From Eubacteriales bacterium (GTDB lineage: Bacteria; Bacillota; Clostridia; Oscillospirales; CAG-272), in assembly GCA_045533505.1 (NCBI GenBank), contig JAZSHY010000014.1, positions 99,780 to 163,779 of the forward strand: a stretch of DNA of 64,000 bases. The letters are read 5' to 3'. The position numbers were made by a program, and so were the translations under genes. The stretch's first letter is position 1. Every line of letters starts with the position of its first letter. Shown here piece after piece: positions 17,808 through 28,400 of the stretch. The notes under the pieces were generated by a model. The model saw nothing but the letters and a program-made list of their open reading frames with translations. It was not told the DNA's origin and did not search any database.

Positions 17808-18132
17808 TACACCCCCACGCTTTCTCCGCCTTCTGGGGCTTGCGAGGCGCGGAGGAAACACCGTTCTCGGCGCGCCGCTTATCTTTGCCGCCCTACGCGG
17901 CGGCAAGCGGCCCCCCTTGGTCATCGCCGCCTCCGATGCCTCGGATGCTACACAAAAAAAGCTTCGCACAAAGTGCGAATTCTACCGCATCCCCCTCTGT
18001 GTCTCTCCCTACACCAAGGAGAGCCTCAGCCACGCCGTGGGCAAGGAGGCGCCTATCGCCGCCGTTGCCATTCTCGACGCGGGCCTCGCGGAGGAGCTTG
18101 CAAAATCTTCAGGAAAGGACGCCACCGACTAA
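17800..18132 (+). CDS. ylxQ: L7Ae-family ribosomal-protein-like protein (YlxQ)
   Basis: The GTG start at 17800 overlaps the ylxR stop, and GGAAGGAG lies upstream. The segment LLGLARRGGNTVLG...PLVIAASDASDATQKK is typical of L7Ae/YlxQ. The listed ORF starts earlier at 17584. Confidence 0.7.
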   Translation: MPDTPPRFLRLLGLARRGGNTVLGAPLIFAALRGGKRPPLVIAASDASDATQKKLRTKCEFYRIPLCVSPYTKESLSHAVGKEAPIAAVAILDAGLAEELAKSSGKDATD

Positions 18133-18156
18133 GCGGTAGGCGAAGAAAACAAATTT

Positions 18157-20682
18157 ATGGCAGCTGTGAAGATTACACAAATCGCAAAGGATTTTTCCAA
18201 AAAGCAAAAGGATATTCTTGATTTTCTCGGTGCGCACGGCATTGAGAAAAAAAGCGGAGCCACCCTTACCGAGGTGGAGTTTTCCCTTTTCCTGGAGGCC
18301 TTCACGAGAGAACATCAGCTTGAGAACCTTGACGACTATCTTTCGGGCAAGGCGCGCATTGTAGTTGCCAAGGCAACCGCGCCCGCTACCGAGGAAAAGG
18401 CTCCTGCCACCGAGGAAAAGGCTCCTGCCGCCGAGGAAAAGGCTCCTGCCGCCGAGGAGAAGGCACCCGCCGCCGAGGAGAAGCCGAAGGCTCCCGAAAA
18501 GCCGCGCACCTTCCACACGGGCACGAAGAACCAGACGCCCACAGACCGCTTCAGCCGCTTCCCCGGGCGCGCGCCCGCAGCGGGAGAGCAGAAGAAGCCA
18601 CAGCCCGAGAAGCGCCCTGACCCGCGCCGCGAAAGGCAGCCCATGCCCGCACCCACACAAGAGCGCGGCGGTTACACCGTAACAACCCCCACCGATTACG
18701 CGGCGGCACCCGCACCGCGCACCCGCGTGGTGGATACCCGCACCTCCTCGGTTGACCTCTCGAAATACGACGACTCTCTCGACAAGTACTCGGGCCGCGT
18801 TTCGGACTCGCACCGTGAGAGGCAGAAAATCAAGAAGCAGGACAACCGCACGCAGAACACCAAGCAATCGCGCGAAAAGGAGCGCCTTGCCCAGGAGAAG
18901 CTGCGCCGTCAGCAGTTTGAGCGTGCCAAGAAAAAGCAGCTTGAAATTACCATTCCCGATGAAATTTCGGTAGGGGAGCTGGCCTCACGCCTCAAAAAAA
19001 CAAGTGCCGAGGTTATCAAGCGGCTCATGATGATGGGGGTTATGGCCACCGTCAATCAGAGCATCGACTATGACACCGCCTATCTCATCGCCGATGAAAT
19101 GGGGGCGATTGCCACCCGTGAGGTCGTGGTGACGATTGAGGAGCGCCTCTTTGATGACACCGCCGACACCCCCGAAAGCCTCGTGCCGCGTACCCCTGTT
19201 GTATGCGTGATGGGGCATGTTGACCACGGTAAGACCTCCCTGCTCGACGCCATTCGCCACACCAACGTGACGCGCGGCGAGGCAGGCGGTATCACCCAGG
19301 CCATCGGTGCGTATCAGGTCACGGTCAACAACCAGCTGATTACCTTCCTTGACACCCCCGGGCACGAGGCCTTCACGGCCATGCGTGCGCGCGGTGCTCA
19401 GGCCACCGATATTGCCATTCTCGTGGTAGCCGCCGACGACGGCATTATGCCCCAGACGGTGGAGGCCATCAACCACGCGAAGGCGGCGGGAATCGACATT
19501 ATCGTTGCCATCAATAAGATGGATAAGCCGCAGGCAAACCCCGACCAGGTCATGCAGGAGCTGACAAAGTACGACCTCGTTCCCGAGGAGTGGGGCGGCG
19601 ACGTTATGTGCGTGCCCGTCAGCGCACTGACGGGTATGGGCATTGAAACCCTGCTTGAGGACGTCCTTCTCGTGGCCGAGGTCAAGGAGCTGAAGGCGAA
19701 CCCGAACCGCCGTGCCAAGGGCATTGTCATCGAATCGCGCCTTGACCACGGGCGCGGCCCCGTTGCCACTGTTCTCGTGCAGAACGGTACCCTCTCGGCG
19801 GGCGACATCGTGATTGCGGGCACCTCCGTCGGGCGTGTGCGCGCCATGGTGAATGACCGTGGGCAGCAGCTGAAAACGGCAGGCCCCGGCGTGCCCGTGG
19901 AGATTATCGGTCTTTCCGAGGTTCCCGAGGCGGGTGACGAATTCAATGCCGTTGAGGATGAAAGAATGGCTCGCCAGCTTTCGGAGCAGCGCCGTGCCGA
20001 GGCGAAGGAGGAGCTCTTCCGCCAGAACGCCCGCATGAACCTTGACGACCTCTTTGCCAGAATCGGCGAGGGCGTCAAGAACCTCAACATCATCGTGAAG
20101 GCCGACGTCGCGGGCTCTGCCGAGGCGGTGAAGGCTTCGCTCCTGAAGCTCTCGAACGACGAGGTCAAGGTGTCTATCATTCACACAGCCGTCGGCGGTA
20201 TTACCGAGGGCGATGTGATGCTCGCGCGCGCCTCGGATGCCATCATCGTCGGCTTTGCCGTGCGCCCTGACCGTTCTGCCCTCGAATCGGCAAAGAGAGA
20301 CGGGGTGGACATTCGCACCTACAAGGTCATTTATGAGTGCATTGAGGAAATCGACGCCGCCATGAAGGGCATGCTTGCCCCCACCTTCCGCGAGAATGTG
20401 CTCGGCCACGTAGAGGTGCGCCAGGTCATTCACGTGTCGAAGGCGGGTATGATTGCCGGCTCCTACGTGCTGGACGGCAAGGTCACAAGAAATGCCAAAA
20501 TCCGCGTTGTGCGTGACGGCATTCTCGTGGCAGAGGACGAAATGGCCTCGCTGCGCCGCTTCAAGGACGACGTGCGCGAGGTGGCCGCAGGCTACGAATG
20601 CGGCATTACCCTTGAGAAGTTCCACGACGTCAAGGAGGGTGACATCTTCGAGGCGTACGTGATGGAGGAGGTCTCCCGCTGA
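18157..20682 (+). CDS. infB: Translation initiation factor IF-2
   Basis: 841 aa. The G-domain motifs are [22 protein letters not shown] and NKMD. The N-terminal region is low-complexity and contains [14 protein letters not shown] repeats. Confidence 0.97.
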   Translation: MAAVKITQIAKDFSKKQKDILDFLGAHGIEKKSGATLTEVEFSLFLEAFTREHQLENLDDYLSGKARIVVAKATAPATEEKAPATEEKAPAAEEKAPAAEEKAPAAEEKPKAPEKPRTFHTGTKNQTPTDRFSRFPGRAPAAGEQKKPQPEKRPDPRRERQPMPAPTQERGGYTVTTPTDYAAAPAPRTRVVDTRTSSVDLSKYDDSLDKYSGRVSDSHRERQKIKKQDNRTQNTKQSREKERLAQEKLRRQQFERAKKKQLEITIPDEISVGELASRLKKTSAEVIKRLMMMGVMATVNQSIDYDTAYLIADEMGAIATREVVVTIEERLFDDTADTPESLVPRTPVVCVMGHVDHGKTSLLDAIRHTNVTRGEAGGITQAIGAYQVTVNNQLITFLDTPGHEAFTAMRARGAQATDIAILVVAADDGIMPQTVEAINHAKAAGIDIIVAINKMDKPQANPDQVMQELTKYDLVPEEWGGDVMCVPVSALTGMGIETLLEDVLLVAEVKELKANPNRRAKGIVIESRLDHGRGPVATVLVQNGTLSAGDIVIAGTSVGRVRAMVNDRGQQLKTAGPGVPVEIIGLSEVPEAGDEFNAVEDERMARQLSEQRRAEAKEELFRQNARMNLDDLFARIGEGVKNLNIIVKADVAGSAEAVKASLLKLSNDEVKVSIIHTAVGGITEGDVMLARASDAIIVGFAVRPDRSALESAKRDGVDIRTYKVIYECIEEIDAAMKGMLAPTFRENVLGHVEVRQVIHVSKAGMIAGSYVLDGKVTRNAKIRVVRDGILVAEDEMASLRRFKDDVREVAAGYECGITLEKFHDVKEGDIFEAYVMEEVSR

Positions 20683-20701
20683 CGGAGGCTGCCGAAGCAA
20701 C

Positions 20702-20735
20702 AAAAAGGAGAAGGCAATGAGCCTTCTCCTTTTTT
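20702..20735 (+). terminator. infB terminator
   Basis: Stem GGAGAAGGC, loop AATGA, stem GCCTTCTCC, followed by TTTTTT. Confidence 0.85.
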
Positions 20736-20786
20736 GCGAATAGAGCACGGGCGGCACGGAGATACTGTGGGGGAGGAGGTGATGTC

Positions 20787-20951
20787 ATGCAAGAGGAAAA
20801 GGGAAAGAGACGGCAGTGGGACGAAAAAGCGCCGAACCCGCCCGTGCCCAACCGCGCGCATACCGAAATGAGCCGCGCCCCCGCCTGTGAGAAGGGGGAT
20901 GCCCCTCGCGCGCCCGTGGCCGAAAAGCAGACCGAGAACAAGGCGCGCTGA
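20787..20951 (+). CDS. Hypothetical small protein (54 aa), unlisted in the ORF track
   Basis: ATG 20787 is preceded by GGGAGGAGG 7 nt upstream. The hand translation is MQEEKGKRRQWDEKAPNPPVPNRAHTEMSRAPACEKGDAPRAPVAEKQTENKAR. I recognise no homologue. Confidence 0.25.
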   Translation: MQEEKGKRRQWDEKAPNPPVPNRAHTEMSRAPACEKGDAPRAPVAEKQTENKAR

Positions 20952-21024
20952 TGTGCCTCCTCGCTGTGGGGGCCTCCGATGGGGGCTCCCCGCCGTGCCG
21001 CGCTGCCGCGTTGCCGCTACCTGA

Positions 21025-21059
21025 AAGAGAAAAGAAAAAGCCGCCTTTTCGGCGGCTTT
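21025..21059 (-). terminator. Terminator of the flippase-like gene
   Basis: The minus strand reads AAAGCCGCC-GAAAA-GGCGGCTTTTTCTTTTC immediately after the stop codon. Confidence 0.75.
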
Positions 21060-22094
21060 TCAGGTTCTATCGATTTCGTTTGTTCCTTTTTTCTTTCGCT
21101 GGAGGATGAGGGTCAGAATAATACCCACGATAATCGGCAGATAGAACGTCAGGAATCTCCATATAAAGGTAGATACCGGAACCAGCGTGGCATCGCTGTA
21201 TACATGACTGAAATAGCCTGCATAGCATCCCTCCGACGCGCCCATAGCACCCGGCATGGGCATAAACGCCGAAATCATGTACACAAACGCCTGACAGGAA
21301 ATGACGGTTAAGAAGTCACTCCCCGTTTCGCCAAAGCCTCTGAAAATTACGTAAGAGATGGCGAAATACACAGTCAGCTGCATCAGCGTGACAGCGATGA
21401 CCTTCACGAGCATGAGCGGCTCCTTCATAATAAACTTCATGTTATTGAAGGAGGCGTTCATAGAATCCTCTATGGCATCGCATTTCTTCTGCGGATTTTT
21501 CAGGATATGTATCTTCCCAAGGAAGAATATCGTCTTTCGAATGACCTTCATCGTGAAATCCTTGCAAAAGGAAACGAGAAGCAGGAACACGATAAAGGCG
21601 GAGCATACGCAAAAGCCCACAAGGGCAAGCGCCATAAGCGGCGCGAGGTCGTCGGTAAAGAAATCAAACCGAAGCACGAGAACCACAAGGCAGTAAAGCG
21701 TTTCGGCGATATGGTAAAGAATGAGACGGGACATCAGCACCGAGATAGACGCCGAGGCGGGAATTCCGTATCGGCTCATGTAATAGGCCTGCACGGGCTG
21801 ACCGCCGCTGGCAAACGGCGTGACGCAGTTATAATACTGCCCTATCATCGTAGTTGTGCAGGTGTGCTTAAACCTTTGCCCGGGGGAAACCTTGTTGAGT
21901 ACAATCTGTGTGGCAAGTGCCTCAAGCACCCAGTATGCCACCATAAGCAGAAGCGCTATAAGAAGGTACCAGGGGTTGAGAAGACCAAAGGCCCGTATCA
22001 GGCTGCCGCCCTCGCCGCCACTGAAAAGATACACCAGCATCAACACAAAAGCGAAGGCACACGCGACAAGGCTCCACTTAGTTGACTTTTTCAT
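21060..22094 (-). CDS. Flippase-like / lysylphosphatidylglycerol-synthase TM-domain family membrane protein
   Basis: It is a polytopic membrane protein. The start is chosen at MKKSTKWSLVACAFAFVLMLVY (22094); an alternative GTG lies at 22199. The family assignment rests on general resemblance only (UPF0104/LPG_synthase_TM-like). G+C looks lower than in the flanks by eye. Confidence 0.55.
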   Translation of the reverse strand: MKKSTKWSLVACAFAFVLMLVYLFSGGEGGSLIRAFGLLNPWYLLIALLLMVAYWVLEALATQIVLNKVSPGQRFKHTCTTTMIGQYYNCVTPFASGGQPVQAYYMSRYGIPASASISVLMSRLILYHIAETLYCLVVLVLRFDFFTDDLAPLMALALVGFCVCSAFIVFLLLVSFCKDFTMKVIRKTIFFLGKIHILKNPQKKCDAIEDSMNASFNNMKFIMKEPLMLVKVIAVTLMQLTVYFAISYVIFRGFGETGSDFLTVISCQAFVYMISAFMPMPGAMGASEGCYAGYFSHVYSDATLVPVSTFIWRFLTFYLPIIVGIILTLILQRKKKGTNEIDRT

Positions 22095-22255
22095 AAAAAC
22101 GGCTTGCCGCACTCCCCCCTTTCTCGCGAGGCTGTCGTATCCCTGCCAAAGGGCAAGGCCGAACCCATCGGGCAGCCACAAAATACTGCTTCCCTTCACT
22201 ATATGCCCCGACGGTGATTGTCAGAACCTATGCGGGAAGATTCGTTACGGTTCCT

Positions 22256-22284
22256 ATTCTATCACAATTCTCCCTTTTTGTAAA
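22256..22284 (-). promoter_or_regulatory. Putative promoter of the flippase-like gene
   Basis: The minus strand reads TTTACA, 17 nt of spacer, then TAGAAT. Confidence 0.45.
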
Positions 22285-22353
22285 GAGGAAAACCGATTTT
22301 TTTTCGACACGCCGTTCCTTTGCGAAAAATTCCCGTTTCCCCAAAAAAGCCTG

Positions 22354-22382
22354 TTGCCAATCGGCTCCCTTTGTGGTATACT
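22354..22382 (+). promoter_or_regulatory. Putative promoter of the serine hydrolase gene
   Basis: TTGCCA, 17 nt of spacer, then TATACT, with TG upstream (TGGTATACT). Confidence 0.5.
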
Positions 22383-22423
22383 GAAAGCAAGAAACGAAGA
22401 TGCCGAATGGGAGGAGGAGCTTT

Positions 22424-24259
22424 ATGGACATTCGTATGCAAAGCAGGGCCGTCACCCTTTTGTACCGCCTTTTTCTGCGCAACCATATCGGCGCGCACCA
22501 GATTCCGTACTTCCCGTCCAAGGATGAGCTCCCCCCCGAGGACACCGCCTCTCTCCCGCTTGTCGAGCCCGAGGTGCTGGGGATTTCCTCCTCGCACGCC
22601 GAGGGCTTCCTCGCCGCCCTGGAAAAATCCCGCTCCGCCTGCCTCCACTGTGTAGCGGCCTCGCGCGCAGGGCAGACCTTTCTTCTCGCCTCAGCGCCCG
22701 CCTACTCCCCCTCGGTACGGCAAACCACCTACTCTGTGGCAAAAACCGTTACGGCCCTTGCCGTGGGTATTCTCGTCTCGGAGGGGAGGCTTGACCTTGA
22801 TACCCCTGCCTACCGCCTGGTGGGCGAGGGCCTGCCGCCCCTGCTTTCGCCTCGCACGAAAAGCATTACGGTGCGCCACCTCCTGACAATGTCCAGCGGC
22901 GTGGTATTCGGTGAGGTAGGCGCGGTTACCGAGGAGATGTGGGTGCGCTCCTTTTTTGAGTCAAGCGTCGCCTTCGCGCCGGGCTCGCGCTTTGCCTACA
23001 ACAGCATGAACACCTATATCCTCTCGGTCATTGTGGAAAGACTGACCGATATGACGCTCTACGACTTCGTAAAAGAGCGGATTTTCGCTCCGCTCGCCAT
23101 TGGCGACACCCTGTGGGAGTGCTGCCCTATGGGGCACACCAAGGGGGGCTGGGGGCTCTATCTCTCGGTGGCAGACTGCCTGAAAATCGGGAACCTCATT
23201 CTCTTTGGCGGCGCGTACGGCGGCAAGCAGGTTGTCCCTCGGGAATGGATACGCCTGATGACCAGAAAGCATATCGACACCCAAGAGGGGCTTGGTGACT
23301 ACAACTACGGCTTCCACATCTGGGTGGCGCGTGACCGCAGCGCGTTTCTTGCCAACGGCATGCTGGGGCAAAATATATGGATTCATCCGAAGAACCGCAT
23401 CGTTGCCGTAACGACAGCGGGTAACTGCGAGCTCTTCCAGACGGGCTCTATGCTGAATATTATCCGCAACTTCTTTGCCACCCCTATGGATGATGCCCCT
23501 CTGAAGCCCGACAGCAAGGCTCTGCTTTCGCTCCGCGCGCACGAGGCCTCCTTCTTCTCGGGGCGGATGTGGACGCACGGGCAGGAGCCGACAAGACCGC
23601 GCCCCGACGGCTCGGTCCCCGAGGAGCTCTTCCGTTTGCTGAAGGAGAAGCCCTACCTTGCCGAGCCGAATAACTTCGGCATTCTCCCCCTCTTTGTTAT
23701 GCTCTCGCAAAACAACCTCGCGGGCGGAATCTCAAAGCTCTCCTTCTCTTCCTCGGAGGAAGGGTATTGGCTTGTCCTCGAGGAGGGCGGGGAGAGCTAC
23801 CGCATTCCCTTCGGCTTTACCGAATACCGCCACACGACTCTCTCGGTCCGCGGCGAGCTTTACCGCATCGCCACCCGCGCCGAATTCTGCGATGACACCG
23901 ACGGCGAGCCGATTCTGAAGCTGGATATCTGCTTCCCCGAAATGGCCTCGGCACGGCGCATGCGTCTCTATTATGCCACCGAAAAGCCCACTCTCATGCT
24001 CTCGGAGCAGCCGGGGTGGCAAATTATGGACGCCCTCACACGCTTTATGCAGTTTGTGCCGCGCGCCAAGCTGCTCAGCAACCTGATACGCTCGCAAATG
24101 GAAAAGGAAATCATGGGCTACCGTATTCGGACGGCCTTCGCTCCCACCCTGCAGCTTGACAGAGACCACATTCCCGACGACGGCGAATTTGCCATCCGCG
24201 AGGGAATGCAAAAGGGGCGCCTCGCCTCGCTCACCGACAAAGAGAGCGACCTCGACTGA
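22424..24259 (+). CDS. Serine hydrolase, beta-lactamase/transpeptidase-like family, with a roughly 250-aa C-terminal extension
   Basis: Start chosen at ATG 22424, with SD GGAGGAGG upstream. An SxxK motif occurs in TYSVAKTVTALAVGILVSEG. The rest of the N-terminal half looks class-C-beta-lactamase-like. I do not recognise the C-terminal half. Confidence 0.7.
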   Translation: MDIRMQSRAVTLLYRLFLRNHIGAHQIPYFPSKDELPPEDTASLPLVEPEVLGISSSHAEGFLAALEKSRSACLHCVAASRAGQTFLLASAPAYSPSVRQTTYSVAKTVTALAVGILVSEGRLDLDTPAYRLVGEGLPPLLSPRTKSITVRHLLTMSSGVVFGEVGAVTEEMWVRSFFESSVAFAPGSRFAYNSMNTYILSVIVERLTDMTLYDFVKERIFAPLAIGDTLWECCPMGHTKGGWGLYLSVADCLKIGNLILFGGAYGGKQVVPREWIRLMTRKHIDTQEGLGDYNYGFHIWVARDRSAFLANGMLGQNIWIHPKNRIVAVTTAGNCELFQTGSMLNIIRNFFATPMDDAPLKPDSKALLSLRAHEASFFSGRMWTHGQEPTRPRPDGSVPEELFRLLKEKPYLAEPNNFGILPLFVMLSQNNLAGGISKLSFSSSEEGYWLVLEEGGESYRIPFGFTEYRHTTLSVRGELYRIATRAEFCDDTDGEPILKLDICFPEMASARRMRLYYATEKPTLMLSEQPGWQIMDALTRFMQFVPRAKLLSNLIRSQMEKEIMGYRIRTAFAPTLQLDRDHIPDDGEFAIREGMQKGRLASLTDKESDLD

Positions 24260-24302
24260 CCGCGGCAACTGCAAGCAAGGCGAGCCCCCTTCAGCTTTCA
24301 AG

Positions 24303-24348
24303 AACCGAAAGGCCTCCTATGGCAGATGCCATAGGAGGCCTTTCGGTT
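24303..24348. repeat. 46-nt perfect palindrome (21-bp arms) between convergent genes
   Basis: AACCGAAAGGCCTCCTATGGC-AGAT-GCCATAGGAGGCCTTTCGGTT. Neither side has a flanking U-tract. Confidence 0.9.
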
Positions 24349-24406
24349 GTGAGCAATTACACCAAGGGATACGCTTCCCCTATATGTCCTCATACGATAA
24401 AGCGTT

Positions 24407-25165
24407 TCAGTATCTCCCCTTATTATAGAATCGCTCTCCCTTTTTGTGCGCAAACAGGTCGCAAATAACAAACACCGCGAAATAAAGCGGAACCGCTATC
24501 AAGGAAATCACGGGATAAGTCAAAAAACCAAGCCCCTCAAACGGAGAATGGATTAAGAACATTGAATTTACATCATACGCTGCCGCCTCGGAAACGAGCG
24601 CGTGGAACACAAGATTGCAATAGCCCCCGATAGCCGCCATTACAAATATTGAAATGATAATGTTTGTCATGTTTCTTTTCACATCTATTTTTATGTAACC
24701 GAAGATGGGAAGCAAAAGAATAGTAAAGAGAAGCGTGGCATGGGCGGTTATGCTTTTGAAATTCTCATAATCGGCAAGCGTGGGGTTCATTATAAAATCG
24801 ACGTTGGCGAACATGCCTACAAGTGTTGAAATGACACCGAACCAAAACAGATAATCAACGAAGAACGAACCGACTCTCGATTTTTTGTTCTTTAAGAGAG
24901 CAAAAATCAGCGCCGACCACATTACCACGTTGCAAGGATATATCGGCAAGATAAGATTAGGAGTCTCAGCCAAATACGCCATCGCATTACCGCCCGACAA
25001 CAGCTTAAAAAGCAACGAGCTGTAATGGAATACGATAGTGAAAATCGAAGAAGCTATAAGAATGACAGCTTGTGTGCGTTCCTTTTTCACATGCTTCTTT
25101 ATAACCCATACCCCAAGCCCGATTAAGGCCATGAGGATACCGTTAAAGATTAGTAGCTTTCCCAT
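24407..25165 (-). CDS. Polytopic membrane protein (YwaF/TIGR02206-like, tentative)
   Basis: 252 aa with about 7 predicted hydrophobic helices. The family call is by weak recall only. A hand count gives 26 G/C out of 60 nt for 24421-24480, well below the roughly 60% counted in infB. Confidence 0.5.
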   Translation of the reverse strand: MGKLLIFNGILMALIGLGVWVIKKHVKKERTQAVILIASSIFTIVFHYSSLLFKLLSGGNAMAYLAETPNLILPIYPCNVVMWSALIFALLKNKKSRVGSFFVDYLFWFGVISTLVGMFANVDFIMNPTLADYENFKSITAHATLLFTILLLPIFGYIKIDVKRNMTNIIISIFVMAAIGGYCNLVFHALVSEAAAYDVNSMFLIHSPFEGLGFLTYPVISLIAVPLYFAVFVICDLFAHKKGERFYNKGRY

Positions 25166-25273
25166 GTTATTGCTTCTTTGTCCTTTCTTTGTGAATTTTT
25201 CCTTGCAGATTGCAGTTTCTCATACGCAATTCCTTGATTGTGCCGCGAAAAGAAGCATTGCTGTTTACCATAC

Positions 25274-25302
25274 ATTATACCATCATTCATAAAATCGTGC
25301 AA
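25274..25302 (-). promoter_or_regulatory. Putative promoter of the membrane-protein gene
   Basis: The minus strand reads TTGCAC, 17 nt of spacer, then TATAAT (TGGTATAAT). It leaves a 5' leader of about 100 nt. Confidence 0.5.
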
Positions 25303-25368
25303 TAGTTTCATGCCAATCCCCCGTCCGGCGCCTGTAGTGTTACGGTTGAAGCGGCACTGTCCGCCCCG

Positions 25369-25397
25369 TTGACTTTTGTGTGGACATGTGTTATAAT
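25369..25397 (+). promoter_or_regulatory. Near-consensus promoter of the GLUG lipoprotein gene
   Basis: TTGACT, 17 nt of spacer, then TATAAT (TGTTATAAT). Confidence 0.55.
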
Positions 25398-25466
25398 TGG
25401 CGCGTAATATGCCCGAAGTTACCCGAAAAGCGGCTGCCCTGTCGCGTGTTTAAGAGGGGATTAAAA

Positions 25467-28400
25467 ATGAGAAAAACAGTATTTTCCATTCTTTTTACAA
25501 TTCTTGTTGTTTCTGTGCTTTTCACGCTCTGCGCCTGCGGCGATGAGGAGATAACCGTGTACGATGCGCAGGTTTATGCTTTCAACGCGTACAGTCCGAA
25601 CAACTATTTGCCAATTTGGTCTGTGTCCGGAAATATGGCGAGCTACCGGACGGGCAGCCAAAGTGACTACTTGTTGGAAGAGTGCTATAGATACGGCTTC
25701 AACTTTGAGGGCATCTTTTCCCAGCCGAACGGGCAGGGGGAGATGTATATGGACAAAACCGGTGTTATTACAAAGAACTTCGAGGAAGCCGCAAATTCAC
25801 AGCACGAGATTGTGCTTTATGCGCATTACACCGCCAACACATTCTCCCTTCCTCTCAGTCATTACGGCGGAGAATCCACCTTCGAGTTTGATTTCTTTTC
25901 AAAGGGAGCTCTTCTCCCCATAACCGACGCTCCCGATCATTACGACCACGTAGGCTGGAGAGTACCGGGAAGCGAGCGGATATACAAGACCTTGCCTGAA
26001 GAAATTATCCTCGCGTATTATACGCAATCCAATACGGAGGCGAGGAAGCCGACTCTTGAGGCGGTGTATCGTGGCTCCTTGAGGAAGGTTTCTTTTAATT
26101 CGTCGAATGATACGCTCGGCGCCAATAGCGTTCAGGTTTATTACGATGAGCCGTTTACTATCCCCGTACCAAGCGCTCCCGCCGGCAAGCTTTTTGCGGG
26201 CTGGGCATACGACGGCGTAAAAATTACCGATAGACACGGCAACAGCCTCGGCAATTACAACTATACCTTTGATATCTCCGTCAGTGCAACGTACGGAGAT
26301 GCGGTAACGGTTTCCTTTGACGTTGAATCGAACGAAGGCTTGGACAAAAGCTCCTGCGAGATTTTAGAAACGGAAACCGCCACTTGCCTCGCTCCATTCC
26401 AGTCGGGCTATCAATTTGACAGAATGGATATTTCATCCGCTAACGGCTCTGTATCCCTGCGCTATGACGAAATTGAAAATACGGAAGCTTCCTGCGGCTC
26501 TCAGCTTGGAGGGATACGAGTTTATTGCACCGTCAATCGGGACGGCTCAAGAACGTTTGAAATCCGCAAAGTAACAACCGATCTTTCAGTTAAAATATAT
26601 TACACACCCGCGCTCACCGTTCTCGAGAATGTCTCGCAGGATGTAGTTGTCGCCGACGGGCTTCCGACGCTTTCATACGGCGAGAAGTTTTCCTTACCCA
26701 TTGCGTATAAGGGCGGCTATCGCTTTGACGGATGGAAAATAGCGGGGACCGATTCTGCTATCACGGACAAGGACGGCCAAGGTCTTGCCGCTTGGAACAA
26801 TCAGGAAAGAACGGTGGGAATAGAGCCCATTTGGGTTGCAGATAATAACGCCCCGTGCGCAATAACCGATTTTGAAAGTCTTTTGGCTATCAAAAACGCC
26901 CCCGGCGGAAAGTACATTCTTCTCAACGACATAACGATCAGCGAGCAGGACTCCGCTCGCTGGACTCCCTTCGCCTTTTCGGGAGTGCTTGACGGGTTCG
27001 GGCACAAAATCAAGGGGCTTACCTTGCATGCCGCAAGCGGCAGCCTTGGTATGTTTACCACCGTTTCCGGCACCGTTAAAAACCTCACGCTTGAGAATGT
27101 TTCCGTAACAAGCCTCTCCAACACCAAGGTAAACGTGGGCGCGCTTTGCGCTACTCTTACGGGTACCGTTGAAAACGTTACCGTGTACGGCTCCGTTAGT
27201 GCGGATAACGCTAATATAGGCGGCATTTGCGGAACGGTAAACGGCGGAAGGATCAAGAGCTCCGAGAATTACGCTTCCGTTACGACGAACACGCTTGAGA
27301 GTGGCGCGGTTGCGGGCGGGATTGCGGCTTATATAACGAACGGCCTGATTAGCGGATGCGAAAACCGCGGAGAAATTACCGCCTTTGCAAACGTAGGCGG
27401 TATAGTGGGGCACGCAGACGGCGCAAACAACGTTACTCAATCCTCGAATTTTGCCAAAATCAATGCCGGCTCGGGCTACGTTGGAGGCTGCGTCGGTAAA
27501 ATCACCGCGTCAAAATTCGGTGACGGTACGGTTATCTTCAACAACCTTTCCAATACCGCGGATATAACAGCGGACGGCTCAAGCGTCGGCGGTATTATAG
27601 GCTATTGCTCGTTCTACGGAGATTGGTGGGAGAGCAAAATCTTTACGCTTGATTTCCACAGGCTCACAAACGCGGGCAACGTTGAGGGCCTATCCCATGT
27701 TGGCGGATGTATTGGCTATGCTACCTCGTCAACGGGTGTTGCCGCCTACCATCCCCAAATTGCAATCAAGCTTACCGACCTTGTAAATACGGGCGATATC
27801 ACCGCCGAAAATATAGCAGGCGGTTGCGTAGGATACGGATACAACAGCGATAACGTATCCAAGATAACCCGCTCCTCGTCAAGCGGAAACATTACAGTAA
27901 AGCATACCGCAGGCGGGATTGCGGGCTATATGACGAAGTTTGCAATCGACAGCTGCGATAACACGGGCACCGTGATACACGCGACGAGCTACTATATCGA
28001 AGACAGCGGATATTACGTAAGAATTGGCGGCTTCGCAGGCGTATGCACGGACATCACGAATTGCAAAAACCTCGCAAGCATTGAATACGCCGAAAAGGGA
28101 TGCTGTATCGGCGGTGTTGCGGGTGTTGTTACCGCAACCATTTCAAAATGCTCAAACGAGGGCAATATAACCGCACCTAAAGCAAGCGCGGTAGGCGGTG
28201 TTGTGGGAAGAATTTCTCACAGCGGAAACTACAACCTTTCAAAGCTGACGAACAGCGGAAATATCACCGCAAACGAAAGCGTTGGCGGAATTATAGGCGC
28301 CTTCAACTGCTATTTCACCTTCAACGACAGCTCAGATCACATGACCGCCATCAGCGAGCTTGCAAGCTCGGGCGACGTTTACTCCTACGGCGGCTTCTGC

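Noticed and set aside
18360-18500. Tandem nucleotide repeats (GCTCCTGCCGCCGAGGAAAAG and variants) that could be mistaken for a repeat array
   Set aside because: They are in frame within infB and encode the [14 protein letters not shown] low-complexity linker typical of the IF-2 N-terminal region. They are not a CRISPR array or a non-coding repeat.
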